From Octopus bimaculoides (taxonomy: Eukaryota), in the NCBI RefSeq assembly GCF_001194135.2, contig NC_068987.1, positions 34,945,039 through 35,009,038 on the forward strand: 64,000 nucleotides of DNA. The letters are read 5' to 3'. A model generated the notes under the pieces. That model saw nothing but the letters and a program-made list of their open reading frames with translations, was not told the DNA's origin and did no database searches. Position numbers and translations under genes: made by a program. Below are positions 53,279 to 64,000 of the stretch, in pieces. How positions within the stretch are numbered: the stretch's first letter is position 1; every line of letters starts with the position of its first letter.

Positions 53279-53534
53279 NNNNNNNNNNNNNNNNNNNNNN
53301 NNNNNNNNNNNNNNNNNNNNNNNNNNNNNNNNNNNNNNNNNNNNNNNNNNNNNNNNNNNNNNNNNNNNNNNNNNNNNNNNNNNNNNNNNNNNNNNNNNNN
53401 NNNNNNNNNNNNNNNNNNNNNNNNNNNNNNNNNNNNNNNNNNNNNNNNNNNNNNNNNNNNNNNNNNNNNNNNNNNNNNNNNNNNNNNNNNNNNNNNNNNN
53501 NNNNNNNNNNNNNNNNNNNNNNNNNNNATATATA

Positions 53535-53720
53535 AGAGCCCAATTGATCTTGTCGACAGCATCATTTCGTGGAGATACGATGGCTCGCACGTGTAACCAT
53601 TGATTGTTGTTAAGGTTTTGCACAACGTTTGGAAGCACATGCATTTTGAGTTCATTGACAGTTCGTACCATATCACCACAGGGTAGCCTGGGTTGCTGTC
53701 GCAATTTTCCATATAAATGA
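53535..53720 (-). mobile_element. Helitron RepHel PIF1-like helicase fragment
   Basis: LPCGDMVRTVNELKMHVLPNVVQNLNNNQWLHVRAIVSPRNDAVDKIN matches the Helitron helicase WLxxRAILxPxNxxVxxIN motif; runs into a gap. Confidence 0.8.
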
Positions 53721-54694
53721 TAGCAAAGTGTGTATCAAATGAAATTAAAATCCTGGTTCAGTGACAGATCAATCATGTCAGTACAGTTTAAACGTTTTGG
53801 ATAACAACATATTCTCTCTTCTAATTAATTTTTCTAAAAGAGAGACAATGTCACCCTCTCTCTTGCAAGAGAAATTAAGTTAGCTTGGCTCGTGTAAGGT
53901 GCATGACATTGCCTCTAACCCTTTCCAATGTCTAATATGTACATGCACGATGTTTAGACCTGTATGGGGTGAGTAATAGGAGGGTTAAAAAGTATGCTCA
54001 GAAGAGGTGATGTTGGAATTGTAAGGAGAGAGGATTTTCAACCCCACTACCGTTTTTACCCGGTGGTATAACTGAGAAGGATATAGAGAAGGGTATAGAA
54101 GGGGGCGCATACGTTAGTTATCAGTATACAATATCTTTTAATCTATCCAAGTATAATAACTAACGATTGATTTAAAATAGAAATATCCAGTGCTAATAAG
54201 TCGCGTTGCTCCAAAAATATCAAAAATATGTAATGTAAGTTATCCGCATATAATATTTTTCAGTCCATATTCAAGAATAAATGCGGAATATCAAGTGTTT
54301 AGAAGGTGAGTTGAAACAAAAATATCCAAAACATGTATTAGAAATGTATAAAGACATAGCATTCTCTAATCCCTCTCCAAGTAAAAATAGTCACATCAGA
54401 TTTAAATATGAAATGTCGAGTGTACACTAGCTAATTCTATTAGGCCCATTCCACGTTCAATTATTTGAATAACACATGTCGAAATCTCTAATTTATGTCA
54501 CAGGAGTATTGAACTTTAAAATTTATATAACTTATCGTATAAAGCGAGAAATATCCTACAGTGTATACTGCCTAATGTACCGAATGAATGAATGAGTTAT
54601 ATGAATGTAATAGGAATTTTCACCGGGCATGCGTCTTTGTGAACACTTTCGTTATTTAGAAACCTTACACGTCTTGCTTTTCTTTTGCGGTTCA

Positions 54695-54695
<1 letters not shown>

Positions 54696-54772
<77 letters not shown>
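54696..54772. repeat. (AT)n microsatellite
   Basis: Read directly from the sequence. Confidence 0.95.
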
Positions 54773-54774
<2 letters not shown>

Positions 54775-56389
54775 GTATATGGAAATACTCATACACCGAA
54801 AGACCTTGGAGATAGTAATCCCCCAACAAATTCCTCAAAAGTCATGAAACTATATGAAAGAAATGAGCCGATGTTACTGTGCGGCGTGTTAGAGGTGGAA
54901 CGGCTTACTTGATTGATGTAATCCCAAACCTATGCAACCTTGTCTCCGCCATATTTGAATTTTATACTTTAATCAGAAGCCAATTCACTGATGCTCAGAG
55001 TTATAGCAATGCCTCACCAAACATTTTCAAATACATGTATTGCAACAAACTGGTGATGCCGCAGTATGGCCACAGCCTTCGAGTTAAACTTTATAAAAGA
55101 ATAAAAGAAAAACATACCAGTTAACAAACATTTGACACTAAAAGTTATAACTTACACAGGAAAGTTTCTGGTTCGCATGTATAAATCTCTGTATTATATA
55201 ATGTACACACGCAGACACACACATAGATGTATACATACTTAAATAAGCACACGCATACATGCATGCATACATACATACAGACAGACGGATAGACAGGCAT
55301 ATACATATGAGTGCGTGTGTATTACACGCACACACGCACACACACATACAAACGTATTATAAATTGGTGCGGTGTGTAAATAGGTAATGTGCACAAAAGA
55401 TTATCTATGATTATATATTCACGAGACGTATGTATAATTGTAATAAGTGCGTATGCTGCTTTATTTTGCGTTCACCTGCCTCTCTGTGTGTTCGCTGGTG
55501 ATTCTGGGTATCCGTGTCTGTGTAAATGTTTATATATCATTATGTGTGTGCGTGTGTGTGTGTATGTGTGTGTGCGTGTGTGTGTGTATGTGTGTGTGCG
55601 TGTGTTTGTGGATATACAGATATAAATATAAATATATGTTTGTATGAATTTATGTTTATTTTTATATATGTGTGTGTGTGTGTATTTAGATTGGAAGCAA
55701 AATATGACGCGTCAGTCATCTGGAAATATCCAATTGATGTAGAAGCCTTCGTATACATGGGCTTGAGAAAATATTTGAGTGCAAATGTCTTTCGATATAA
55801 TTTTTTTTTTTTCACTATTTCTATCATTCACGCGAGTTCAGATAACATGCGTGTACACATTCGCGCGAGCGCTATCTCTCTCTGTGCGCACATTTACAAA
55901 CACCCAGTAATACACACGCATATGCGCGCTTGAATAACTGTGTTCATATGTTTGAGTATGCACGCGTATGTGTTTGTTTGTATGTGTGTGAGTGTGTCTG
56001 TGTGTTTTAATATCTTTTATCAATCAATGAAATGGTAAGAGAAAACACAAACAGAAAATATGTTTTTCTTCATCTTTTCCAATAAAGAGATGAATAGAAA
56101 CGGGCCAGACAGAGTAAACAATCAATCGATGTATTTCGATCGTTTCTCACAGATCAATAAATCAATAAGAGTGCAAATATCGATCGATTGATTGAAGAAG
56201 CCATCAACGAAGTAAAATACAAAAGCAAAAGAAAACTCCACCCTAAATGAAGAAAGTACTAATCAAACAGAAGAAATAAAACATATAAATTGAAAAATAG
56301 ACGAAATATAATATTAAGAATAAAATGAGAAATAGAATATTGTTTATAGATTAATGATCCTGTTAATATAATTTCGGTTCCACTGTCTG

Positions 56390-56700
56390 TTCGAGACTTG
56401 ATGCTGCGTAGATTGGTACGACAGTGGCTGTTTGGTAGATTGGAACCATAATTGATATATTACTGGAGTAAATATTGAGCAGATTGGCAATACAGGTGCA
56501 GATGTTGCATAAATTGGTAGTTCAGTAGCTGTTGAATATATTAGTATTACAGGAACTGCTGAGTATATCTTTCCTATGGTACATGCAGAGTATATTATTA
56601 CTAAATTAATTATGGAATACATTATTAATATAGGAGATGTCGAGTATTTTTAGAATAACAGCAGAGTTTGAGTATATTATAACTGCAATATCTCACCATA
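56390..56700 (-). repeat. Degenerate 27-bp tandem repeat, about 10-11 units
   Basis: Anchors at 56408, 56435, 56479, 56509, 56536, 56563, 56590, 56617, 56644 and 56672 (mostly 27-bp spacing). The minus strand reads 9-aa units ending in IYS or PIY. Confidence 0.8.
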
Positions 56701-57421
56701 ACAACGGATTCCTTTACCGATAATTTTTGATCAGACGTCATATATTGTAGTGTTTACCTCCAGGTCAACATTGGTGAAGCTCATTTACTTTATGAATGCA
56801 TACTAGTCATAAACATTTACAGACTGAGAAATTTTTCTTTAATTTATGGTTTTGCTGCCTTCGTTTAAAACTGAAACATGTTACTGAGTGTGACTTAGAG
56901 TCTAATTTATCGGGACTGTGTGACAAAGCTCAAGCGAAATTACTCTATTAGACAGATTGGAAATTAAATTGATAAGCAGCCACGACGTTGGTAGTTTGTC
57001 AACAACACTGCATTTTTTTCCGGCATCTGCATCATTAAGCTTTAAAGTACGCTTCGCAACTCAGTATGCACTGGCCGTTGAATGCAATGGCAATCTGGTT
57101 ATTGAGTAGTACTTGGATATGTGTCTACCAATATGACTTTTATATGATGAAACTCAGTATCGCTTATGTAGCGTTGATTTACTGATGGTGTGTTATTATT
57201 GATATTCCATACCAACCCAGCCTGATCAAACTTTATTGCCGCCAATGCACCAGCTATGACCATCATGTCTATTATCCAGGAACTATTTTTGTACATGTCT
57301 CTACTTGTGGAAAAGTGAAATATATGTGTATATACGTTTGTAAGCATGAATATGTATAATTACCGCCAGGACACAGTATTGAAAGCATACATCGATTAAC
57401 TTGATTATTGTCCACTTTATA

Positions 57422-57640
57422 TACAAGGGACTGCTGAAAGTTCCGGGTTTTAAGGGTATCGAGAAAGTCCTGGATAAAGATTCAACCTTTCAAGTTCTGT
57501 TAATGGGCTTAGTAAAACTGAAAGACTGCTGCAATAAGTGTGTGAATATGAGAGGAACATCTGTTGAATAAAATCATAACTAACTGATACTGCTGTATTT
57601 TCTTTTACCTAAGGCCAGGAACATTTCAGCAACCCTTATA
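57422..57640 (+). mobile_element. Internally deleted mariner (MITE-like)
   Basis: TIRs tacaagggactgctgaaagttccggg / ccaggaacatttcagcaacccttata with TA ends; retains LKDCCNKCVNMRGTSVE* (like the mariner RWxKCVxxxGxYVE C-terminus). Confidence 0.85.
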
Positions 57641-57859
57641 TGTCAGTGCATATGAGTGATGATATTTCTATGAGTTTATATGTTTGAATATATGTGTGCA
57701 TATATTCCTGCGTAATATGAGTTTCTTCCCGCATTTCCATATTCACCTTTAACAACTAATTATTTATAACGAGTATAGCGAACAGCTGAGAGTGTCTGGC
57801 CATCTTCCACGATTTCCCGTGTTAGATCCTGCTTACCGTGTTTTCTTCACTGAGAATCC

Positions 57860-58060
57860 GGCTGAGTTGACGGCACGTATTATTTGGTCATATGTCATAC
57901 GGTCATAGCAGATGAGATGGCATCTCGCAGAGATGTGGACTGACTGGGACTCGAGTCGAGGGGGTCTCTCGGAAAGACCCGAAAACATACAGACAAATGA
58001 TGAAAGCAGCAATGCACTGACTTGGCCTATTGTACTAGCGGGACGGTGCGTGGCTCAGTA
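57860..58060 (+). mobile_element. RTE-clade LINE 3' remnant
   Basis: YGHS...RVEGVSRKDPKTYRQMMK...LGL...RDGAW resembles WYGHV...VEG...RPRKTW...LGL...DRxxW. Confidence 0.5.
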
Positions 58061-58479
58061 TGTAGGTATGTATGGGTGAGAGAGTGTGTGAATGTGAAAA
58101 TTATGTGAGCATGTGTATGTGCGTGTATATTTGTGAGAGTAGCATACGTGAGTGCTTGTGTGTCTTTGTGTCGAGTTTAGGTGTGTGGCTCTAAGAGACA
58201 GTCGAAAATATGCGTATGTATATGTGCGTGTGCTACACTGTTGTATGCATGTGAATTATATGCTTCAATGCTGGGTGTCTTTATGTGTGTATATGTTTGT
58301 GAACTAATGTGTGTGTTCCTGTTTTCAGTTAGTGTGTGTATATCGAGCTGTTGGATAAAGAATGTATGGTGTAGATAAAGAGTATAACGTTGTAGGTATA
58401 GAAGGATGAGCAGTTGAATGTAGGAGGTGTGTGGTGTGTGTAAATATGTGTGAAGTTGGGTTTATATGAAGAGAAGTGA

Positions 58480-59060
58480 AAAATTGAGTCTATCAAGGTC
58501 TGCGGATTGGAGAGAGAAAATATATTCTTTGTCTCCACAGAAGAAGGATTTCGGATAGACCTTGTACAAATTCACTCCGAATACAGGCTGAAGCTAAGTA
58601 GAATGACCAGTCAAATGGAAGTGGCACGAGGCCGAGGTGTTATTGCCGAAGCTGATGTTCCCGAGATATCAACACACCAGTCAGCCCAACGCCGGCCATT
58701 TTGACCAAAGAACCAAGCTGGTTGCCTAGAGTGGGGAAGAAGCTACGGACTAGAAGGTCACGTAGGTTATGGGTGCTTATGGAGGAGAGGAGATGAGTTG
58801 AAGCAGACGTGGGAAAAGGAGTAATCAGGTTGAAGTCGGAGGAAAGCACGTAGAATGGTGCGTTGAAGATATTGTGTAGATGGAGTGATATGCGAAGCGG
58901 AAAGTGTCGAGTGAGCGCAGGGAGAGAGAACGGATGCACAGTCAGCAGATCGTTCATGGGTGAAGGCGGTATGAATAACGTAGGTAAAGTGCTTAGCCAT
59001 AAGTTGGGACTGTGTCTTGATGTCATGTGGTCGTCATTAGAGTTAACATGCATATGCTAA
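58480..59060 (-). mobile_element. L2/CR1-type APE endonuclease remnant
   Basis: ORF 58640-59053: FYVLSSDFNL...HNLRDLL...PTLGNQLGSLV...ISREHQL, like ILGDFN...PTHxxGNxLDLV...SDH. Confidence 0.65.
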
Positions 59061-60823
59061 TGGATATGCTGCAGAAATAAAATAGTATTCGTAAAGTTTA
59101 TATCAAGAGCTAAACGACTTAAAATGGAATTAGCGAGATTCCTAATTTAAAATCACTATAATCGTTTCGGCACATTCTCTCACATGATCAGTCGTAATCC
59201 GATTGGAATCTTTTAGTATCTATACATTATTGTTTATATTTTTGCTTTCACTTTATTTCTCCATTTTTTATGCAGGTATTTGGTATTTTGACTTCAAGTG
59301 TGTCATGCCGCTCACTGAATTTATGATTTTAGTTCTGTCTCTAAATTGCTGGAATGATGCATCAATATACGTATAGACAATTAAACCGAGTGAAATTGCG
59401 AAAGTATATAGGGAAGAACTTGTTTAAACAGTCATCTGGGGAGGTGTATCCCACACCAGAGATATGAGGTAATAACTGCTCAACTGCACAACATCACACC
59501 TATGTACTACAAGTGAGAGAATACATATCTGTTTGTATAAGCATGTATTCACACACACACACACATACACACATACGCACACACACATAAACACACACTC
59601 ACACACATGTCATGGAATTGATTTGACAATCGATTTATATATATACATACAAATATTGCTATAGATATAGATATGTGTATTTGTGTGTATATGCCTGTAA
59701 ACATATGCGTGATTTTATGTGTGCTTATGTGTTCATGTTTGTGTATAGAAACGTAGTTGTGAATAGAGTACAATCAGCGAATACAGTGGAACACAAGCGT
59801 TACCAGATTAATAGCACTTTAAAATTTATTGTCAGAAATATGTTTCAATCAACGTTAATAACAATTAATGTAAAATGGCTTCATCATATAACTCGCATAA
59901 AATCAATTAAAAAGTTTCAGCACAACCTCTATAATGTTATACAACCACGACTGAAGAGATATGCTTAGCATATATATATATATATATATANNNNNNNNNN
60001 NNNNNNNNNNNNNNNNNNNNNNNNNNNNNNNNNNNNNNNNNNNNNNNNNNNNNNNNNNNNNNNNNNNNNNNNNNNNNNNNNNNNNNNNNNNNNNNNNNNN
60101 NNNNNNNNNNNNNNNNNNNNNNNNNNNNNNNNNNNNNNNNNNNNNNNNNNNNNNNNNNNNNNNNNNNNNNNNNNNNNNNNNNNNNNNNNNNNNNNNNNNN
60201 NNNNNNNNNNNNNNNNNNNNNNNNNNNNNNNNNNNNNNNNNNNNNNNNNNNNNNNNNNNNNNNNNNNNNNNNNNNNNNNNNNNNNNNNNNNNNNNNNNNN
60301 NNNNNNNNNNNNNNNNNNNNNNNNNNNNNNNNNNNNNNNNNNNNNNNNNNNNNNNNNNNNNNNNNNNNNNNNNNNNNNNNNNNNNNNNNNNNNNNNNNNN
60401 NNNNNNNNNNNNNNNNNNNNNNNNNNNNNNNNNNNNNNNNNNNNNNNNNNNNNNNNNNNNNCTCAAAAAATGATAGAGTAGTAACTATACTTACTTTAAT
60501 GTGGCTTTTGATTTTATTGGTATAAAATTATAACGATGTTTTGTCTTTTGCCATCTTAATCAGAGAGAAAACATACAGTAACGACAAAATCCAAAATGGC
60601 AGAATAAAGAAACGATCTTATATTTTATAGTGCTAATGCTGCTTACGATTGTGGACCGTTCCACAAAGAGACGCTGTGGAAGCATATTTTGAAGAAAATA
60701 TTTAGTGTTGAGAAACTAGATAGATTTAAGTCCAGAATACTAAAATTTGATGCTAAAGTGTATGCGTGAATGTGTCTGCGTACATGTGTGTGTGTGTTAC
60801 ATATATATGTGTATATTACAATT

Positions 60824-60854
<31 letters not shown>

Positions 60855-61229
60855 GTGTGTGCGTGTGTGTGTGCGTGTGTGTGAATATGTGCGTGTGTGT
60901 GTGTGTGTATGAGCGTATGTATGTATACTCGTCTCTGTACTAGAAATAGCATAACATTATGGATTAACGTAAAGATGAAAATATTTGACTTACAGATAAA
61001 ATATCTATGTTTGTGAAGTACCTGTGTGAATGTTTTGATGTATTCTGTCTTTTCGAATGTGAATGCAAAGAATTCTACTTAGAACAATTCCAGTAAATCA
61101 GAAGTAAATTAAGAATGAAACCAATAAGAATAATAATATGGAAAAGAAAACTATTAAAACATGTCAAAACTATCAAATAGCAGTAAATTGTGGCTTTAAA
61201 AGATAACAACAACAATAGGGAAACCAAAA

Positions 61230-62100
61230 TACCAAACGAAGTTAAAACCCGAAAAAAGAGATTATCTGACTGGCAGGAAATGCGTTGTATGATAGATTCC
61301 TAAAGATACTTTCAGCAAATGGAATTAGTGAAATAGGATTATTGCTGCGGAAAGGAAAGCCGAAGAGGGGGACAGAAATTTGTTAGTAGCTGCACAAAAT
61401 CAAACATTAAGGACTAATTGGATAAAAAAAAGCAAGATAGAAAAATACGAAGTACATTCCGAATGTAGATTATGTAAATCAAAAGAGGAAAGCGTTACTC
61501 ATATAGTAAGTGAATGTAGCATGCTGGCACAGAAAGAATTCAAGAAAATACATGACAATCTAAGGAGAGCAAGCAACTGGGAGGTATGTAGAAAGCTTGG
61601 ATTTGAACATACTGATGAATAGCATGAATTTGAATCTAGTAAATTTCTAGAAACTAAGAAATGCAAGATGTTGTGGGATTTTAACATTCAGACAGACAAC
61701 GTAATTGGAGCTAGAAGGCCTTATTTGGTAGTAGTAGATAAAAAGAATAGAAAGTGCCAGATAATTGACTTTACAGTCACAAATGATGGAAAAATTAATG
61801 AGATCCATGGGAAAAAGGCCAAAGTACCAGGACCGAGCTTTGAATTGCAGAGACTATGGAAAGTGCGGGTAGAATGTATCCCAGGACTTATTGGTGCATT
61901 GGAAACTCTCTATAAAGATCTGAACAGTTGAATAGAGAAAATAGGTATAAAACCCAGAAAAGAGTGTTATTAGGGAGCGCTGGCATACTTAGCGGGGTTC
62001 TAATCATATAAGGTTAATTGCTAGAGGCCAATAGGAGGGTTCTTGATATCTGAGGCTATTTGTTGTAGCTCGATGTTAGGATTCTTTTCTTTTCCAAAAG
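61230..62100 (+). mobile_element. R4/Dong-clade element, 5'-truncated, decayed
   Basis: LVAAQNQTLRTN...CRLCKSKEESVTHIVSEC...HD; LWDFNIQTD...ARRPYLVVVD...IIDF...LQRLWKV...IGALE. Confidence 0.9.
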
Positions 62101-62122
62101 TCTAATCTCTGGAGTGTATAGG

Positions 62123-62124
<2 letters not shown>

Positions 62125-62215
<91 letters not shown>
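62125..62215. repeat. (TAA)n microsatellite between R4/Dong elements
   Basis: Read directly from the sequence. Confidence 0.95.
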
Positions 62216-62220
<5 letters not shown>

Positions 62221-63303
62221 TAAAGCTAAGCGCTGCCTTAGATATTATGACTGAAAAATGGCATGGAAAACCTCTCAATGGCAAATACCCAAAGAGAGCG
62301 AATAATGCAGATATTGACAAAGCCCTTACCCACCAATGGTCAATGGCATCTGGCTTGAAATCAGAAACAGAGGGGTTTATCATAGCAGCCCAAGATCAAT
62401 GCCTACCTACAAAGAACTACCAGGCCAACATATTAAAGAACGGCAGCTCCCCATTATGTCGTATATGCCAACAACAAAATGAGGCCATCGATCATGTTGT
62501 CTCCATGTGCAGTCTGCTTGCGCCTACAGAGTATCTCAACAGGCATGATAGAGCTGCACAATATATTCAGTGGGTAATATGCAAAAACCNNNNNNNNNNN
62601 NNNNNNNNNNNNNNNNNNNNNNNNNNNNNNNNNNNNNNNNNNNNNNNNNNNNNNNNNNNNNNNNNNNNNNNNNNNNNNNNNNNNNNNNNNNNNNNNNNNN
62701 NNNNNNNNNNNNNNNNNNNNNNNNNNNNNNNNNNNNNNNNNNNNNNNNNNNNNNNNNNNNNNNNNNNNNNNNNNNNNNNNNNNNNNNNNNNNNNNNNNNN
62801 NNNNNNNNNNNNNNNNNNNNNNNNNNNNNNNNNNNNNNNNNNNNNNNNNNNNNNNNNNNNNNNNNNNNNNNNNNNNNNNNNNNNNNNNNNNNNNNNNNNN
62901 NNNNNNNNNNNNNNNNNNNNNAAATAGAAATTAGCAAAATGTGGAATCTGAAGACTAAAACAATACCTATTGTCATAGATGCCCTGGGAATGACAGCGAA
63001 ACGGGCTGATTACTACCTAGCTCAGATACCAGGAAACCCCAAAATGGCTGAAGTTCAAAAGATAGCGCTCATGGGAACTGCCCATATCCTACGTAAAATA
63101 CTGTCTATGTGATCTCAAATTTTAAAGCAAACACATAATTTTGTTATGGTTTCTTAAACATTCACTTGAACAAAACTGTACAAATCGAAATATATGGTAC
63201 CCTAGGCATAACACCTACATGAACTTCTAACTTGTTGTCTCTTGAGGTCTCTGGGTGAGACTTGGATCCAACTCGTACAAATGCAAAACAAAAGTCAAAC
63301 ATA
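62216..63303 (+). mobile_element. R4/Dong-clade element, 5'-truncated, relatively young, interrupted by a gap
   Basis: KWHGKPLNGKY...SGLKSETEGFIIAAQDQ...CRICQQQNEAIDHVVSMC...RHD; after the gap KMWNLKTKTIPIVIDALG...GTAHILRKILSM* (stop ends at 63112), then a 3' UTR ending in (AAT)n. Confidence 0.95.
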
Positions 63304-63344
63304 GAATAATAATAATAATAATCCGTTCTACTATATGATTGGAA

Positions 63345-63539
63345 TATGTGGGGATGTGGGGAATGAACTAGTCGAGTACGTTGACTCCAGTGTTTCACTC
63401 TTACTTAATTTATTGACTCCGAAAGAATGAACGGCTAAGTTGACCACGGCATAATTTAAACTCAGAACGTAATGGCAGACGAAATAGCACTAAGCTTTTC
63501 ACCTGGCGTGCTAAGGATTCTGCCAGCTCACAGCCTTAA
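63345..63539 (-). mobile_element. SINE group B, degenerate
   Basis: ...ttattgactccgaaagaatgaa...aaactcagaacgtaatggcagacgaaatagcactaagc...gtgctaaggattctgccagctcacagccttaa. Confidence 0.88.
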
Positions 63540-63562
63540 TAAAAAGAAAATGAGAACATTGC

Positions 63563-63564
<2 letters not shown>

Positions 63565-63618
<54 letters not shown>

Positions 63619-63633
63619 GACTAATAATAATAA
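63565..63633. repeat. (TAA)n microsatellite at the 5' flank of an R4/Dong element
   Basis: Read directly from the sequence. Confidence 0.93.
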
Positions 63634-64000
63634 AGACTAAGCAACTGGAAAGCACCTGGACACGACAAGATCCCCAATTTCTGGTTAAAACACCTGCCAG
63701 CAATGCATAAAAAGCTGGCAGAAAACTTTAACAACATAATAGCAGATCCAGAAACAATGCCTGAATGGCTCACAAAAGGGAAAACCATCTTAATCCCCAA
63801 ATCCACGGAAACGGAGAAACCACAAAACTATAGACCTATAACCTGTCTCCCTACGATCTACAAAGCCTTTACTGCAATAATATCGCAGAGAGTGAGTAAA
63901 CACCTGGAAAATAACAACCTGTTACCAGAAGAGCAGAAGGGATGCTGCAAGGGCTCATACGGCTGTAAAGATCAATTATTGATCAATAAAGCCATAACTG
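63634..64000 (+). mobile_element. R4/Dong-clade element, RT domain N-terminus; open frame running off the window
   Basis: 122 uninterrupted codons: RLSNWKAPGHDKIPNFWLK...PEWLTKGKTILIPK...NYRPITCLPTIYK...EEQKGC...GCKDQLLINKAIT (RT domains 0-2). Confidence 0.95.

Noticed and set aside
54040-54130. Possible Helitron 3' hairpin
   Set aside because: The stem is weak and no convincing CTRR terminus lies at the expected distance.
57100-57320. Possible piggyBac transposase remnant (YDETQ...VDLL, IAANA)
   Set aside because: Only loose motif resemblance across frameshifts; no TTAA-flanked TIRs seen.

Overview
AT-rich eukaryotic draft-assembly DNA with about 19 N-gaps, almost all bordered by microsatellites. 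The SINE families and repeat landscape look like a coleoid cephalopod, most likely Octopus (inferred from recalled repeat consensus sequences, not a database search). I found no host protein-coding exon, tRNA, rRNA or CRISPR array that I can support, so the window reads as intergenic or intronic. It holds about 20 copies of three tRNA-derived SINE groups, eight R4/Dong-like (restriction-like endonuclease) retrotransposon pieces, an RT-deleted Tx1/L1-clade element, and RTE, CR1 and L2/CR1 remnants. It also holds several Tc1/mariner derivatives, a Helitron helicase fragment and many micro/minisatellites. The most notable structures are: (i) a head-to-head SINE pair whose inner 94 bp are a perfect inverted repeat while the outer parts are diverged; (ii) several different R4/Dong subfamilies stacked in (TAA)n arrays, with the same strand polarity wherever a flanking tract is present; (iii) two further fold-back structures that could form dsRNA; (iv) a CpG-rich 17-bp minisatellite and a degenerate 27-bp, codon-patterned repeat. 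I did not find a clearly new multi-gene system. Nearly all ORFs in the supplied track are microsatellite or N-gap artefacts, or transposon fragments. Boundaries of decayed elements are approximate.
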